DNA of 64,000 nucleotides from Patescibacteria group bacterium (GTDB lineage: Bacteria > Patescibacteriota > Minisyncoccia > Phycocordibacterales > Phycocordibacteraceae): assembly GCA_038057055.1 (NCBI GenBank), contig JBBUDY010000019.1, forward strand, positions 25,101 to 89,100. Direction: 5' to 3'. This document shows positions 36,369-46,715 of the stretch, piece by piece (positions within the stretch are counted from its first letter, which is position 1; each line of letters opens with the position of its first letter). The position numbers and the translations under genes are program-made. Below the pieces are notes generated by a model that ran no database searches, was not told the DNA's origin, and worked only from the letters and a program-made list of their open reading frames with translations.

Positions 36369-38141
36369 CTATACCAAGCGGATATCTAAAAGACGTAGGC
36401 GGACGGGAGAAGAGCGCGAGAAGGTGTCGCGCTCGAGGTGCGCGAGGAGATTCACAAGGGTGCCCCTTGTAAGTGAGTTCGCGACGCGCGCGATAGGACC
36501 TTTTACAAAAAAGGTCACCGCGTCGACACTCTTTTTTCCATCACCTGCCTGCGCAGGCAGGTGTGAATCAATTTTTAATTTCAAATGCTCTTCTGACTTT
36601 CCGAAACGTGAAATCTCTCGTATCGAGACATCACGCAATAAAAACACGGGCTTTTCGTTCGACATACCAAACGGGGCGAGCTTCTCTACTTTTGTGAGAT
36701 ATGAAAGCGTTGCTTCTTCGGGAGTGAGCACCGCGTCCGCGCGCCCCATTAGAGAATCGCCCTCCTCTAACGGGGCAAGCTCTGCATACGATTTATTCAA
36801 TCTGTCTTCGAGAAAAAATACTTCAGTATCAAGCACGGTGAAACCGCCCGCGGCTGCGTGCCCACCAAATTGTGCAAATGTTTTTTCAGTCGCACGTATG
36901 AGTTCCATAATTTGTGTGAACCCGCCACTGCGAAATGAACCTTTGAGCGAATTGTTCCCTTCTCTCCCCCAGAGGAACACTGGCCGCTCATATTCTTCTG
37001 CAATCGTATTTGCAACAAGACCGAGGAGTGATGGCCGCCACTCGGGGTCGCCAAGTGCGATGATGTCGCGCATCTCACCACGCTCTTTTAATCGCGCGTG
37101 CACCGCGCGCGTGATAGCACCTGCTTGTGCTTTACGCTCACGATTTAATTTCTCCAATTTCTTTGTGAGTAAATCTGCTTCGCTTTCGTCAGTGGTAATA
37201 AAAAGTTGAAATGCATCACGCGCCTCACCCATGCGGCTCGCCGCATTCACCCGTGGCGCAATCATAAAGCCGATATCGTCTTCTGTGAGCTGGCGCTGCT
37301 CGACTCTCATTCCGCGGAGCAATTTCTGGAGACCGATGCGTGGGGACTTCCTCATCACGAGGAGCCCATAGGTCACGAGGAGCCGGTTCTCATCCATAAG
37401 CGGGACCATGTCCGCGACAGTTGCGAGCCCCACCATATCAAGGAGCCATTTCTCCCAACCGAGCGGTATCTGCTCGGTTGCCCTTCGTAGCCTTGGCGAA
37501 GTAGGGCTCGGATTTCGTAGTACGTCCAAAGTGGCGCACATAAGCTTCCACGCGACGCCCGAGCCGCACAAACTCTTGAACGGATATGTTTCTTCTGGTC
37601 GCGCGTTTGGATTCAAGATTGCAAAAGCAGGCGGCAATATTTCTTGTGGTAAGTGATGATCAGTAACGATGACCTCCATACCCAATTCGTTTGCGCGTTT
37701 GATGGGCTCTACGTCTGTGATACCAGAATCCACCGTGACAATAAGTTGCACGCCGTTTTTTGCTAATTTTTCAATTCCCGCGATGTTCATCCCATACCCT
37801 TCTTCATGGCGATGTGGAATATAATTTTCAAAGTTTGCCCCAGCTTTTTTCAAGAAGTCGTGGAGGAGCACCGCGCCCGGGATGCCGTCGCAATCATAAT
37901 CGCTCCACACCGCTATCTTTTCTCCGTTTAGAATCGCACGCGCAAATCGTTCTGCCGCTTTCTGCATATCAGTCATCAAGAATGGATCGTGGAGGTGCAA
38001 GTCGTAGGAGGGATTCAGAAATTTCTCTGCCGCTTCTTTTGTCACTACGCCGCGGCGCGCAAGCAGCGCCGCGGTGAGGTCGTCGTAGTGCGAGAGTTCT
38101 GCGCGCAAAACATCAGTCAAAGGATCGTGCAATGGAAACAT
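36369..38141 (-). CDS. recJ: Single-stranded-DNA-specific exonuclease RecJ
   Basis: DHH motifs (DYDCDGIPG, VTVDSGI, IVTDHH) and DHHA1 GGHAAAGG. Start at MFPLHD. Confidence 0.92.
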   Translation of the reverse strand: MFPLHDPLTDVLRAELSHYDDLTAALLARRGVVTKEAAEKFLNPSYDLHLHDPFLMTDMQKAAERFARAILNGEKIAVWSDYDCDGIPGAVLLHDFLKKAGANFENYIPHRHEEGYGMNIAGIEKLAKNGVQLIVTVDSGITDVEPIKRANELGMEVIVTDHHLPQEILPPAFAILNPNARPEETYPFKSLCGSGVAWKLMCATLDVLRNPSPTSPRLRRATEQIPLGWEKWLLDMVGLATVADMVPLMDENRLLVTYGLLVMRKSPRIGLQKLLRGMRVEQRQLTEDDIGFMIAPRVNAASRMGEARDAFQLFITTDESEADLLTKKLEKLNRERKAQAGAITRAVHARLKERGEMRDIIALGDPEWRPSLLGLVANTIAEEYERPVFLWGREGNNSLKGSFRSGGFTQIMELIRATEKTFAQFGGHAAAGGFTVLDTEVFFLEDRLNKSYAELAPLEEGDSLMGRADAVLTPEEATLSYLTKVEKLAPFGMSNEKPVFLLRDVSIREISRFGKSEEHLKLKIDSHLPAQAGDGKKSVDAVTFFVKGPIARVANSLTRGTLVNLLAHLERDTFSRSSPVRLRLLDIRLV

Positions 38142-38163
38142 GTGAGCACTATTGTATACTCTA

Positions 38164-38529
38164 ATGATGGAAAGCTGTATTTTCTGCAAAATAGTGAGTG
38201 GCGAAATTCCGGCGCACAAGGTCTATGAAGATGAAGATTTTTTTGCATTTCTCGATATTCATCCGCAAACGCCTGGACACGCACAAGTTATCTCAAAACA
38301 ACACTACCGCTGGGTCTGGGACGTTCCGAATATTGGGGAGTATTTTGAAGTAGTGAAGAAGATTGCTCTCGCACAACGAAAAGCATTTACTACCGACTGG
38401 ATACTATCGAAAATAATCGGGGATGAAATTGCGCACGCGCACATTTGGGTCTTCCCGAGCAATGAGGCGAAAGGAGACAAAAACGATTTCGAGCAAAACG
38501 CAGAAAAAATTCGTCAGGCTCTCCAGTGA
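38164..38529 (+). CDS. HIT-family nucleotide hydrolase
   Basis: CIFCKIVSGEIP N-terminus and histidine triad region AHAHIWVFP. Confidence 0.85.
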   Translation: MMESCIFCKIVSGEIPAHKVYEDEDFFAFLDIHPQTPGHAQVISKQHYRWVWDVPNIGEYFEVVKKIALAQRKAFTTDWILSKIIGDEIAHAHIWVFPSNEAKGDKNDFEQNAEKIRQALQ

Positions 38530-39704
38530 TGGTCGAGAGCTTCGATGCCGGGGAGCGTGCCGCGCGCCAGGAAGTCGAGCATCGCGCCGCCGGCTGTGGA
38601 CACAAATGAAAACTTCGATAAAAGACCAAGTTCTTCAATAGCAGCAATGGTGTCCCCGCCGCCCACAACCGAACGAGCTTTTGCAACAGAGATAGCGCGC
38701 ACAAGAGCGCTTGTCGCTGCCGTAAATCCCCCTTCGTACTTCCCCAAGGGACCGTTCCACAGAATAGTTTTTGCTTTCTGCGTGAGGTCGGCGAGAAGCG
38801 CGATGGTGCCCGGACCATGATCGAGAATAATTTCATTCGGGAGTACCTGCCCCATCGGTGAAATGCGCGATGCTGAATTAACGCGGAAGGTATGGCGGCG
38901 CACCTCTCCTTGCGTGTACCCGGCTCCGGCCGTACGTGCAGTAAGTGAATCTACCGGCAAGACAAGCTTCGGGCTCGCGAGCAGTTTCTGCAAGGCATTC
39001 TCGTTTCCGTGGGAGACGAGCGACTTCCCCACCTCTTGCCCTGCCGCTTTCAAGAAGTCATTCGCGAGTGCACCACCGACAAACACGTGGTCATACACAG
39101 TGAGTAATGTAGTAAGCACCTCTTCTTTCGTATTAAATTTTGCTCCGCCGATAATTGCAACCGCAGGATGCTTCGGCGTGAGCGCGTGCGAGAGTTCTTC
39201 TATTTCTTCTTCAAACAAAAGTCCTGCGTACGAAGGGAGCAGTTTCGACACGCCGACGATGGACGCGTGCACTCGATGACACGTATCGAGTGAGTCCTGG
39301 ACAAAGATGTCTGCCAGCGCCGCGAGTTCCCGTGCAAATACCGGATCGTTCCGCTCCTCGCCCTTGCTGCGGCGCAAATTTTCTAACACCAGCACATGCC
39401 CCGGTGCAAGACTACGGACCGCGGCGCGAGCCCGCTCCCCTATTGTTTCTGGAAAGAATGAAACATGTTGGACGAGTTCTCCCAGTGCCGCTGCGACCGG
39501 TGCGAGAGTCTCGGTGCCCATCTGTCCGATATGGCTCGCAAGCAGTATCTTTGCACCGCGCTCCTGCAAATAGCGGATGGTGAGGAGAGCACGACGAAGC
39601 CGATAGGTATTTACGACCTTGCCATTTACAACCGGGACATTAAGCGGAGCGCGTACGAGTATGGGGATATTCTCGAACAGCTGTATATCGCGGATAGTTT
39701 GCAT
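38514..39704 (-). CDS. pgk: Phosphoglycerate kinase
   Basis: N-terminal VRAPLNVP, SHIGQ-type basic patch, C-terminal STAGGAMLDFL. Confidence 0.93.
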   Translation of the reverse strand: MQTIRDIQLFENIPILVRAPLNVPVVNGKVVNTYRLRRALLTIRYLQERGAKILLASHIGQMGTETLAPVAAALGELVQHVSFFPETIGERARAAVRSLAPGHVLVLENLRRSKGEERNDPVFARELAALADIFVQDSLDTCHRVHASIVGVSKLLPSYAGLLFEEEIEELSHALTPKHPAVAIIGGAKFNTKEEVLTTLLTVYDHVFVGGALANDFLKAAGQEVGKSLVSHGNENALQKLLASPKLVLPVDSLTARTAGAGYTQGEVRRHTFRVNSASRISPMGQVLPNEIILDHGPGTIALLADLTQKAKTILWNGPLGKYEGGFTAATSALVRAISVAKARSVVGGGDTIAAIEELGLLSKFSFVSTAGGAMLDFLARGTLPGIEALDHHWRA

Positions 39705-39707
39705 GTC

Positions 39708-40472
39708 TCACGCAAGTTGCTGTACGAGAAGCGAAAACGTATCAGGAGTGACCGATGCGTGTCCAACAAGGAAGCCATCGACGTCTGAATGTGCCGCAAG
39801 ACCGCGTATATCGCTCGGATCGACTGAGCCGCCATAGAGTACCAGGCTTTTCTGCGACGTTTTCCCCGAGAGCAGTTCTGCGAGCACCTTACGGATATAC
39901 AGCACCATTTCAGCGAGGTCACTTGGTTGAATTGCAGCATCAGCCGTCTTCCCGATTGCCCACAGGGGTTCATAGGCGACGATAACTTGTAATCGTTCTT
40001 TCGGTGTGAGCGACTCGAGAGCAAGCGTGAGCTGTTCGCGCACGATAGCGAGATAGCGCCCCTCACTGTCTCGTTCGCGCTCGCCGATACAGAGGATGGG
40101 AGTAAGTCCGTGTGCAAGTGCGTGTGCACATTTCTCTATCACAATAGAATCGGTATCTCCCGCCGCTCGCCGCTCTGAATGGCCGATAATGGCGTATGTC
40201 GCACCCGCCGTAACATACGTTTGTGCAGTGACTTCACCCGTGGAAGCGCCGCCGGTTGTACGAGATATGTCTTGTGCGGCGAAGGCGACTGATGACGTGT
40301 TTCGAACCGCAAGCGCACCAAGAAGTGGTGCGGGAGGCGAGAGAACAATGGTGATGTGGGTCGTACGTGCGAGCCGCTTCGCGACAGCGAAAAGTTTTTT
40401 TGCTTTTGAGAGTTCCTCCACATACGCCTTCCAATTCGCGACAATGAGCATACGCACAGTATACCAAGCCAT
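39708..40472 (-). CDS. tpiA: Triosephosphate isomerase
   Basis: ANWKAY, IIGHSERR, YEPLWAIGTG-like (YEPLWAIGKT) and LYGGSV motifs. Alternative start ATG 40451. Confidence 0.92.
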   Translation of the reverse strand: MAWYTVRMLIVANWKAYVEELSKAKKLFAVAKRLARTTHITIVLSPPAPLLGALAVRNTSSVAFAAQDISRTTGGASTGEVTAQTYVTAGATYAIIGHSERRAAGDTDSIVIEKCAHALAHGLTPILCIGERERDSEGRYLAIVREQLTLALESLTPKERLQVIVAYEPLWAIGKTADAAIQPSDLAEMVLYIRKVLAELLSGKTSQKSLVLYGGSVDPSDIRGLAAHSDVDGFLVGHASVTPDTFSLLVQQLA

Positions 40473-40509
40473 ACATTCGAATGGGCAGTCCTCTTGGTAT
40501 ACTTACATC

Positions 40510-40896
40510 GTGATTCGCACAAGCAATCAGCGTGGTTTTTCTCTCATCGAAATAGTCGTTGCACTTTTTATTATGAGTGTGGGGGTTGTATTTGCGACGA
40601 TGGTAACCGGAACGATGAAAGTAACGCGCGATTCGGCGTTTGAGAACAGTGCGTTCCATATTGCAGACAATAAACTGAACGAATTACGTGCTCTCGGGTA
40701 CGCCGCGCTTCCCGAGGATGGCATTTTTTCCGACCCACAGCTTGCGAGCCTGCCGCAAGGCACAGCGAGTACCACGATTACGGTGTGGAACGCTAAGACA
40801 AAACAGGTGGTGATAGGGGTTTCGTGGCTTGGCACGGGAAGCACCACGCGCATAGTGTCTCTCACAACGCTCATTACCGAGTCCGGCGGTCTCTAG
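40510..40896 (+). CDS. Type IV pilin-like protein (prepilin leader, GTG start)
   Basis: Leader MIRTSNQRG followed by FSLIEIVVALFIM (class III signal, Gly-Phe cleavage site, Glu+5). Confidence 0.75.
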   Translation: MIRTSNQRGFSLIEIVVALFIMSVGVVFATMVTGTMKVTRDSAFENSAFHIADNKLNELRALGYAALPEDGIFSDPQLASLPQGTASTTITVWNAKTKQVVIGVSWLGTGSTTRIVSLTTLITESGGL

Positions 40897-40897
40897 T

Positions 40898-41446
40898 ATG
40901 CAGCGCGCCTTCACTCTCATTGAAATAGTTATTGTTATCGGCCTTTTTGCAATTATGGTGCTTGGGATTGCACAGTTGTATATCGTGTTCGGGCGGGTTA
41001 TCACGATGCAAAGTTCGTCTATTAGTGTCACTCTCGGCGGAAGCGCCATTGTCGACACTGTTCGTGTTGCAGGTCTCCAAGCTGCTCATGTGGTTCAGTC
41101 CCACACGTTCTCTGGTGTGAGCTACAACTCGGGGACAACAACGGCGATCTTCGAACTCCCTGCTATTGATGCATCAGGCGCGATTATTGTTGGCACATTT
41201 GATTACGTCGGCATTTACGTGTCAAGCACAACCGTATACCGCACAGTTGATGCTGCAGTCGGCAGTTCGCGTACCTCCGGCACCAAAGTGTTAACGGATT
41301 CTTTGGGTGCGCTCACCTTTACCTACGATACTGCAAGCTTCCCTTCCGTCACAAGCGTTATAGTGGATGCAACGACCAGTGCCGTCGTGAAAGGACAGAC
41401 GACCCAGATGCATTTACGCAGTCACACCTACCTCCGAAACTTATGA
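40898..41446 (+). CDS. Type IV pilin-like protein
   Basis: MQRAFTLIEIVIVIGLFAIMVLG N-terminal methylation-type motif. Confidence 0.75.
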   Translation: MQRAFTLIEIVIVIGLFAIMVLGIAQLYIVFGRVITMQSSSISVTLGGSAIVDTVRVAGLQAAHVVQSHTFSGVSYNSGTTTAIFELPAIDASGAIIVGTFDYVGIYVSSTTVYRTVDAAVGSSRTSGTKVLTDSLGALTFTYDTASFPSVTSVIVDATTSAVVKGQTTQMHLRSHTYLRNL

Positions 41447-42825
41447 ACCACAATCCCTATCGCTTTGCCCGTGGATACATTGTCGTTTTTGCACTTATTA
41501 TCAGTGCAGCTATTATGGCGATAACCGTCGCGTTCTTCGGGTATTACGGGAGCGCAGTACATGCAGAACGTTTTGCACTCGCCTCGACACAAGCGCAAGC
41601 GCTCGCGGAGGCGGGTATTGATAAGGCGGTCTACGAACTCAATCAGAGCGCTGGGTATTCGGGAGAGAGCGATAGTGCACTCGGGAATGGAACGTATAGC
41701 GTGTCGATTGTAAGCATCGATGGCAACACAAAACGAGTGATTGCCACGAGCTATATACCGAACAGCACGAACCCGATTGCGACGAGAGAAGTGCAGGCGA
41801 CTATTGGTATAGATGCGTCTGTGGCATCATTTTATTATGGTGTTCAAATCGGACAGGGCGGTCTAGAGATGAGTAATTCATCAAAAATCATTGGTAATGC
41901 GTATTCAAATGGAAACATCATCGGCACCAATTCGGCCAGAATTCAGGGCGCCGCGATTGTTGCCGGGCCAATCGGCATTATTGATGGTATGGATATCGAC
42001 GGTGATACCTGGTCCCATACCATACGAGGAACTTCAACGGTCGGAGGGAACGCAACGAGTTCCGTGCTTCGAAATACAACTGTCGCCGGTAATGTTGTGG
42101 CTGATTCCATTTCCAATTGCACAATCGGGGGCACAGCCACCTATGATACAAGTTCAAGCTGTACGGTGACTGGAACCACGATTACCCCCAATCCCAACGT
42201 TTTTGTTCCAGCGGATGTGTTACCTTTGCCAATCTCGGAGGCTCAAATTGATGTGTGGGAATTGGAAGCGACCAACGGAGAGAGTGTGGGCTTCCAAACC
42301 TTCAGTAGTGGTACCAGAAGCATGGGACCAAAAAAGATTAACGGGAATTTGATTATGAGTGGTGATGCAGAATTAGTAGTCACCGGGACTTTGTGGGTTA
42401 CGGGAGAGATTGAATTGAGCAATAACTCAAAGATCAAGTTGGACGCCAGTTATGGTAGCTCAAGTGGCGTAATCATAGCCGGCATCGATGAAAGTGCGAC
42501 AGCGGGCGAGATCGAGATCTCCAATTCCGCTCAAATATTAGGTTCAGGCTCCGCAGGCAGTTACATTATGCTTCTCTCACAAAGAGAAATGGGTTCGAAT
42601 GCGATTAAAACTTCTAATAGTTCTGCGGCCGCAATTCTGTACGCGGGTGAAGGTCAAATTGAAATCGGCAACAGTGCAGCTCTTAAAGAAGTCACAGCTT
42701 ATAAGCTCAAGATTATCAACACTGCTACCGTCACCTATGAAAGTGGACTACAAAATGCCAGTTTTTCCAATGGACCGGGAGGATCATGGGGCGTCGTGCC
42801 CGGTACGTATGCGATCATTCAATAA
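41443..42825 (+). CDS. PilX-N-terminal-like large pilus-associated protein with beta-helix-type repeats
   Basis: TM anchor then AQALAEAGIDKAVYEL (PilX-like). Middle region has repetitive G-N/A-x motifs (GNAYSNGNIIGTNSARIQGAAIVAG). Confidence 0.55.
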   Translation: MNHNPYRFARGYIVVFALIISAAIMAITVAFFGYYGSAVHAERFALASTQAQALAEAGIDKAVYELNQSAGYSGESDSALGNGTYSVSIVSIDGNTKRVIATSYIPNSTNPIATREVQATIGIDASVASFYYGVQIGQGGLEMSNSSKIIGNAYSNGNIIGTNSARIQGAAIVAGPIGIIDGMDIDGDTWSHTIRGTSTVGGNATSSVLRNTTVAGNVVADSISNCTIGGTATYDTSSSCTVTGTTITPNPNVFVPADVLPLPISEAQIDVWELEATNGESVGFQTFSSGTRSMGPKKINGNLIMSGDAELVVTGTLWVTGEIELSNNSKIKLDASYGSSSGVIIAGIDESATAGEIEISNSAQILGSGSAGSYIMLLSQREMGSNAIKTSNSSAAAILYAGEGQIEIGNSAALKEVTAYKLKIINTATVTYESGLQNASFSNGPGGSWGVVPGTYAIIQ

Positions 42826-44040
42826 TTAAAATGCCGATGAGAGTGAATAGATTGGTGCAATCATCGAGACGGCGAAGATACCAACAACGGTACCGATGAA
42901 GAGCATCAGGACCGGCTCGATGATCGTTGAGAGGTCTTTTGTTTTCTGGGCGACATCCTCTTCATAAAATTCTGCAATTTGTTTTAACATTTCTGCAACC
43001 TTACCGGTCTCCTCCCCCACCGTGAGCATATCGCTCATGAGAATCGGATAGAGTTTCGTATGTGTCGCAAATGCTTGTGAAAGCAACTCGCCCTTTCTCA
43101 CGTGCACCTCTGCTTCCCCCACTACATTGGCAAACACCTCTGCATGCACGACCTCTTTTGTTATCGAGAGCGCGTCGAGCACGGGGACGCTGGATGAGAG
43201 GAGTGAAGAAAGAGTGCGAGACGTACGCGCAGAATAGGTCTCGCGTACGAGCTCACCTATCACCGGTAGATGGAGCGCGATGGCGATTATGATTCTATTT
43301 CCTATCCGTGATCGCAGGAAAGTAATTCCACCGACGATGACCGCAATAATTCCGGCGAGCACAATAGTGACGTTCGTAATCATGAAGTTCGACATGCCGA
43401 CGATGATTCGAGTGGCGAGCGGCACCTGCACCCCGAGCTGGTTAAAAGTCCTCGTCAGTGTCGGCACGACGTAAATGAGCATCAGGATGCCGACGATGAC
43501 AACAGCAACCATAACGATGATGGGATAAATCATCGCGCCTTTTATTTTCCGGGTGAGTTCCTCTGAACGCTCCATCTGAAGTGCGACGACCGTGAGAGAT
43601 TCTGAAAGAGAGCCAGATTCTTCTCCTGCGCGTGCCATCGCGACGAATACCGCAGGAAATATGGCTGGGTAGAGAGCGAGTGCTTCGTGGAAAGAAGACC
43701 CCTTTTTTACTGATTCAGAAATACCGACGGCGATTTTTTTCAGATTTTTATTGCTTGATTGTCGCTCGATGACCGAAAGTGCACGTGAGAGTGAGAGACC
43801 GGCAGAGAGCATCGCGGAAAGATTCTTCGCCACACGAATAATTTCATCGCGCTTTACACCGGTACCAATATTGATAAAGAGCCACGCGGGGAGTTTCAAA
43901 ATACTGATGTTCTCTGTGAGTCCGGTGACCACACCGCCCTCTTTTTGTATTTGTTCGTACACTGCAAAACGCGAGTCGGCCTCGATAGTCCGTTTCTCAT
44001 CCGGTGCTCCCTCTTTGTGTATCGTGACGCGGTACTTCAT
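42826..44040 (-). CDS. pilC: Type IV pilus platform protein PilC/GspF
   Basis: Two GspF repeats and 3 TM helices. Start at MKYRVT, adjacent to the pilB stop. Confidence 0.88.
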   Translation of the reverse strand: MKYRVTIHKEGAPDEKRTIEADSRFAVYEQIQKEGGVVTGLTENISILKLPAWLFINIGTGVKRDEIIRVAKNLSAMLSAGLSLSRALSVIERQSSNKNLKKIAVGISESVKKGSSFHEALALYPAIFPAVFVAMARAGEESGSLSESLTVVALQMERSEELTRKIKGAMIYPIIVMVAVVIVGILMLIYVVPTLTRTFNQLGVQVPLATRIIVGMSNFMITNVTIVLAGIIAVIVGGITFLRSRIGNRIIIAIALHLPVIGELVRETYSARTSRTLSSLLSSSVPVLDALSITKEVVHAEVFANVVGEAEVHVRKGELLSQAFATHTKLYPILMSDMLTVGEETGKVAEMLKQIAEFYEEDVAQKTKDLSTIIEPVLMLFIGTVVGIFAVSMIAPIYSLSSAF

Positions 44041-44041
44041 A

Positions 44042-45790
44042 TTATTCCGATATCGCGCGGAGGACTTCTTCGACAGAGGTAATGCCGCGAGCGGCTTTGT
44101 AGAGACCGTCTTCGAGCATCGTGAGCATACCTTCTTTCTTTGCTTGTGCTTCGATCGCGTCGCTTGTGCTCGTGTGGAGGATGATATCGCGGATAGCGGG
44201 AGAGACAGCGAGCACTTCGTGGATGCCGATACGGCTCTTGTAGCCGTCGGCGCAATCGGCACTCGGTACTGGTTTGTAGAAAGAGAGGTCGTCAAGCGTT
44301 GATCCTGCTTTTACTAATTTTTCTTCCTGAAGTGCCTTAAACGAAGCATCAAACGCTGCTTTTTCAGCGATTTTTGCGCGCGTGGCGGCATCTATCGAAT
44401 ATGATTCTTTCGGGTCGCACAATCTGCGCACCAAGCGCTGGCCAATGATGACGCGAATCGTCGAGACAAGGAGAAATGGTTCAACGCCCATATCGATAAG
44501 GCGTGGGATAGCGCCTGCGGCGCTGTTGGTGTGGATGGTCGAGAGCACAAGGTGGCCAGTGAGCGCGGCATTAATTGCGAGCGAGGCAGTTTCGCCGTCG
44601 CGGATCTCGCCGACCATGATGATGTCCGGGTCTTGACGCACGAGTGAGCGGAGTCCGTTGGAGAAGGTAAAGCCAATTTGCGGATTGACTTGCGTCTGGT
44701 TCACCCGCTTCATCTGGTACTCGATAGGGTCTTCAATGGTGGAGATGTTCACATCCGGTTGGTTCAGGATATCGAGCATCGTGTAGAGCGTGGTCGTTTT
44801 CCCGGAGCCAGTTGGTCCAGAGACAAGGATGATACCCGTTGTCTGTTTGAGCGCATGGTGAATATGCTCCATGTTGTAGCCGTGGATGCCGAGTACATCA
44901 AGCGTGAATCCTTCTCCCGTCTCGCGCAGAAGGCGCATCACGGTCTTCTCGCCGAAGAAGGTTGGGAGGATAGACACGCGGAAGGAGACGCGGTCGGCTT
45001 CAGTCTCCATTTTGAATCGGCCGTCTTGTGGGAGGCGTTTTTCATCAAGTTTTAAGTTCGAGAGCACCTTGATGCGCGCGACAATGCCCGCTGTTGCCGT
45101 TTTCGGCAGGGTCATCGCGTCGTGGAGGATACCGTCGATACGGTAGCGCACGAGAACCTCGTTTTCCATCGGCTCGATATGGATGTCAGAAGCGTCTTGC
45201 ACGATAGCGTGGCGGAGCAGGGTGTCGACGATGCGCACAATCGGCAAGTCCTCCGCCATTTTCTTCAGGTCATCACCGGAAAGGTCTTTATTCCCTTCTG
45301 CAATCACGCGTATCTTGCCCGCTTCAGAAGAGATGATGTCGCCAAACTCGTCCTTGAGTGACTTCTGATACTGCAGGAGCGCGTGCTTAATGCTGTCGGT
45401 GTCGGTGAGCCGCGAGAGTATTTTGAGCCCTGTCTTTTTGCGCATTGAGTCGATAGAAGCAAGGTCTTCGACGTCGAGCATCGCCACCTCAAGTGAGTCG
45501 TTCTCCTTTTTGAAAGCGATGATGTTGTGGGTGCGCGCGATCGGCTCTGGGATAAGCGCGAGGACATCGATTGGGATGCGATGTTCCTTGAGATTCACAA
45601 ACGGGATACCGAGCACATACGCCTGGATGCGTCGAAGTGCATCCTCGGTCAGGTGGCCGCGCGAGACGAGGATATCGCCGAGCGACTGCTTGCGTTTTTT
45701 CGCCTCTTCATCGGCCGCGTCGATATCCTTCTTGGCGACAAGGCCAGAGTCGATAACAAACTCTTTCAGCTCCCCTTCCGAAACGTGCAT
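44042..45790 (-). CDS. pilB: Type IV pilus assembly ATPase PilB/GspE, copy 2
   Basis: Walker A GPTGSGKTTTLY, VGEIRD, TGHLVLSTIHTN. Cys pair in the C-terminal domain (C..C). Confidence 0.92.
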   Translation of the reverse strand: MHVSEGELKEFVIDSGLVAKKDIDAADEEAKKRKQSLGDILVSRGHLTEDALRRIQAYVLGIPFVNLKEHRIPIDVLALIPEPIARTHNIIAFKKENDSLEVAMLDVEDLASIDSMRKKTGLKILSRLTDTDSIKHALLQYQKSLKDEFGDIISSEAGKIRVIAEGNKDLSGDDLKKMAEDLPIVRIVDTLLRHAIVQDASDIHIEPMENEVLVRYRIDGILHDAMTLPKTATAGIVARIKVLSNLKLDEKRLPQDGRFKMETEADRVSFRVSILPTFFGEKTVMRLLRETGEGFTLDVLGIHGYNMEHIHHALKQTTGIILVSGPTGSGKTTTLYTMLDILNQPDVNISTIEDPIEYQMKRVNQTQVNPQIGFTFSNGLRSLVRQDPDIIMVGEIRDGETASLAINAALTGHLVLSTIHTNSAAGAIPRLIDMGVEPFLLVSTIRVIIGQRLVRRLCDPKESYSIDAATRAKIAEKAAFDASFKALQEEKLVKAGSTLDDLSFYKPVPSADCADGYKSRIGIHEVLAVSPAIRDIILHTSTSDAIEAQAKKEGMLTMLEDGLYKAARGITSVEEVLRAISE

Positions 45791-45845
45791 ATACATATAA
45801 GTATAGCGCGCCCCTCCCTTCTCGGGATGCACTTTTCACACATTG

Positions 45846-46715
45846 TTATGCCGCTGCCGTCGGTGCGTTAAATGAAGCGAGGTTCCTTCGTATCTCTTCA
45901 AAGACTTTATCCTGTTTAACGCTTTTAATACCCGCCTTTCTCTTCTCTTCAAGAAGCTCATTTATTTTTTGCAACTCACGCTCGAAAAGCGCCTGAGCGT
46001 AGGTCTTCCCCTTCGTCGCTGCATAAGCTGCATATGCCTTCAATTGTTCAGCGCACTCCTCGAGAAGCGTTACTTGAATGGGATGTGCCGCGAGTTCTTT
46101 ATTGCGACGGTTCATCCACAAAAGACCGAGCTCTTTCACACGTTCGATTTCTACGCCGACGACGACCATCGGGACTCTGCGCAACCGCCCAGTCATTTGT
46201 TGACGGTCCGAATGGAAGTACTTTATCTCGCCGAGTTCTCCACTATCGATTTTTGCACGGATATTGTCGAATTTTCTGTGCAAATCTCGGCTGCCGAAGG
46301 TGATGTCGAGTCCGAGTGCAAGATGGGAGAATCGTTTGTCAGCGTCCTCTGTCTCGACGACCATGTCGATTTTGTTCACAATGTCGTCATAGGGCGCCGT
46401 CTTGATCACTTCCGTGTTCGATCCAAACCAGTTCGAAAGTTCTCCATGTTCGAGTGCGACTGCTTCTAAAATATCTCCATATATTTTTGCTGGCACCTGC
46501 TCGAACGATTCTTTGCGGCGGGATACTTCTACGGCATCGCGTTCGAGCATGGCTGCGCTATAGAGACCAGTAAACGTTTCTGGTTTTATCTCACACTCAA
46601 CAATGGTTTCCTTAGCCCGAGCATGCGTTTCTTCTGGCTTGAAGTGAGTACTCTCAAAAGCACGTTCGTCCGCGGTGCTCCGATAGATGTGTTGTTCTCC
46701 AGGCATATTCCTCAC
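45846..46715 (-). CDS. Hypothetical 289-aa protein coupled to a TrmB-like regulator
   Basis: Start overlaps the regulator stop (ATGA). No motif recognised. Confidence 0.55.
   Translation of the reverse strand: MRNMPGEQHIYRSTADERAFESTHFKPEETHARAKETIVECEIKPETFTGLYSAAMLERDAVEVSRRKESFEQVPAKIYGDILEAVALEHGELSNWFGSNTEVIKTAPYDDIVNKIDMVVETEDADKRFSHLALGLDITFGSRDLHRKFDNIRAKIDSGELGEIKYFHSDRQQMTGRLRRVPMVVVGVEIERVKELGLLWMNRRNKELAAHPIQVTLLEECAEQLKAYAAYAATKGKTYAQALFERELQKINELLEEKRKAGIKSVKQDKVFEEIRRNLASFNAPTAAA

Noticed and set aside
36424-37209. 261-aa ORF antisense to recJ
   Set aside because: Ser/Arg-rich, lies within the confident RecJ gene and has no start context.
40096-40509. N-terminal 138 codons of track ORF 40096-40896
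   Set aside because: This part overlaps tpiA on the opposite strand and looks non-protein-like. A prepilin leader (MIRTSNQRG/FSLIE) begins at GTG 40510, so the gene was shortened.
44041-44295. 85-codon N-terminal extension of pilC overlapping the pilB 3' end
   Set aside because: The extension is Ser/Thr/Arg-rich and overlaps the conserved PilB C-terminus. ATG 44040 (MKYRVT) directly abuts the pilB stop.
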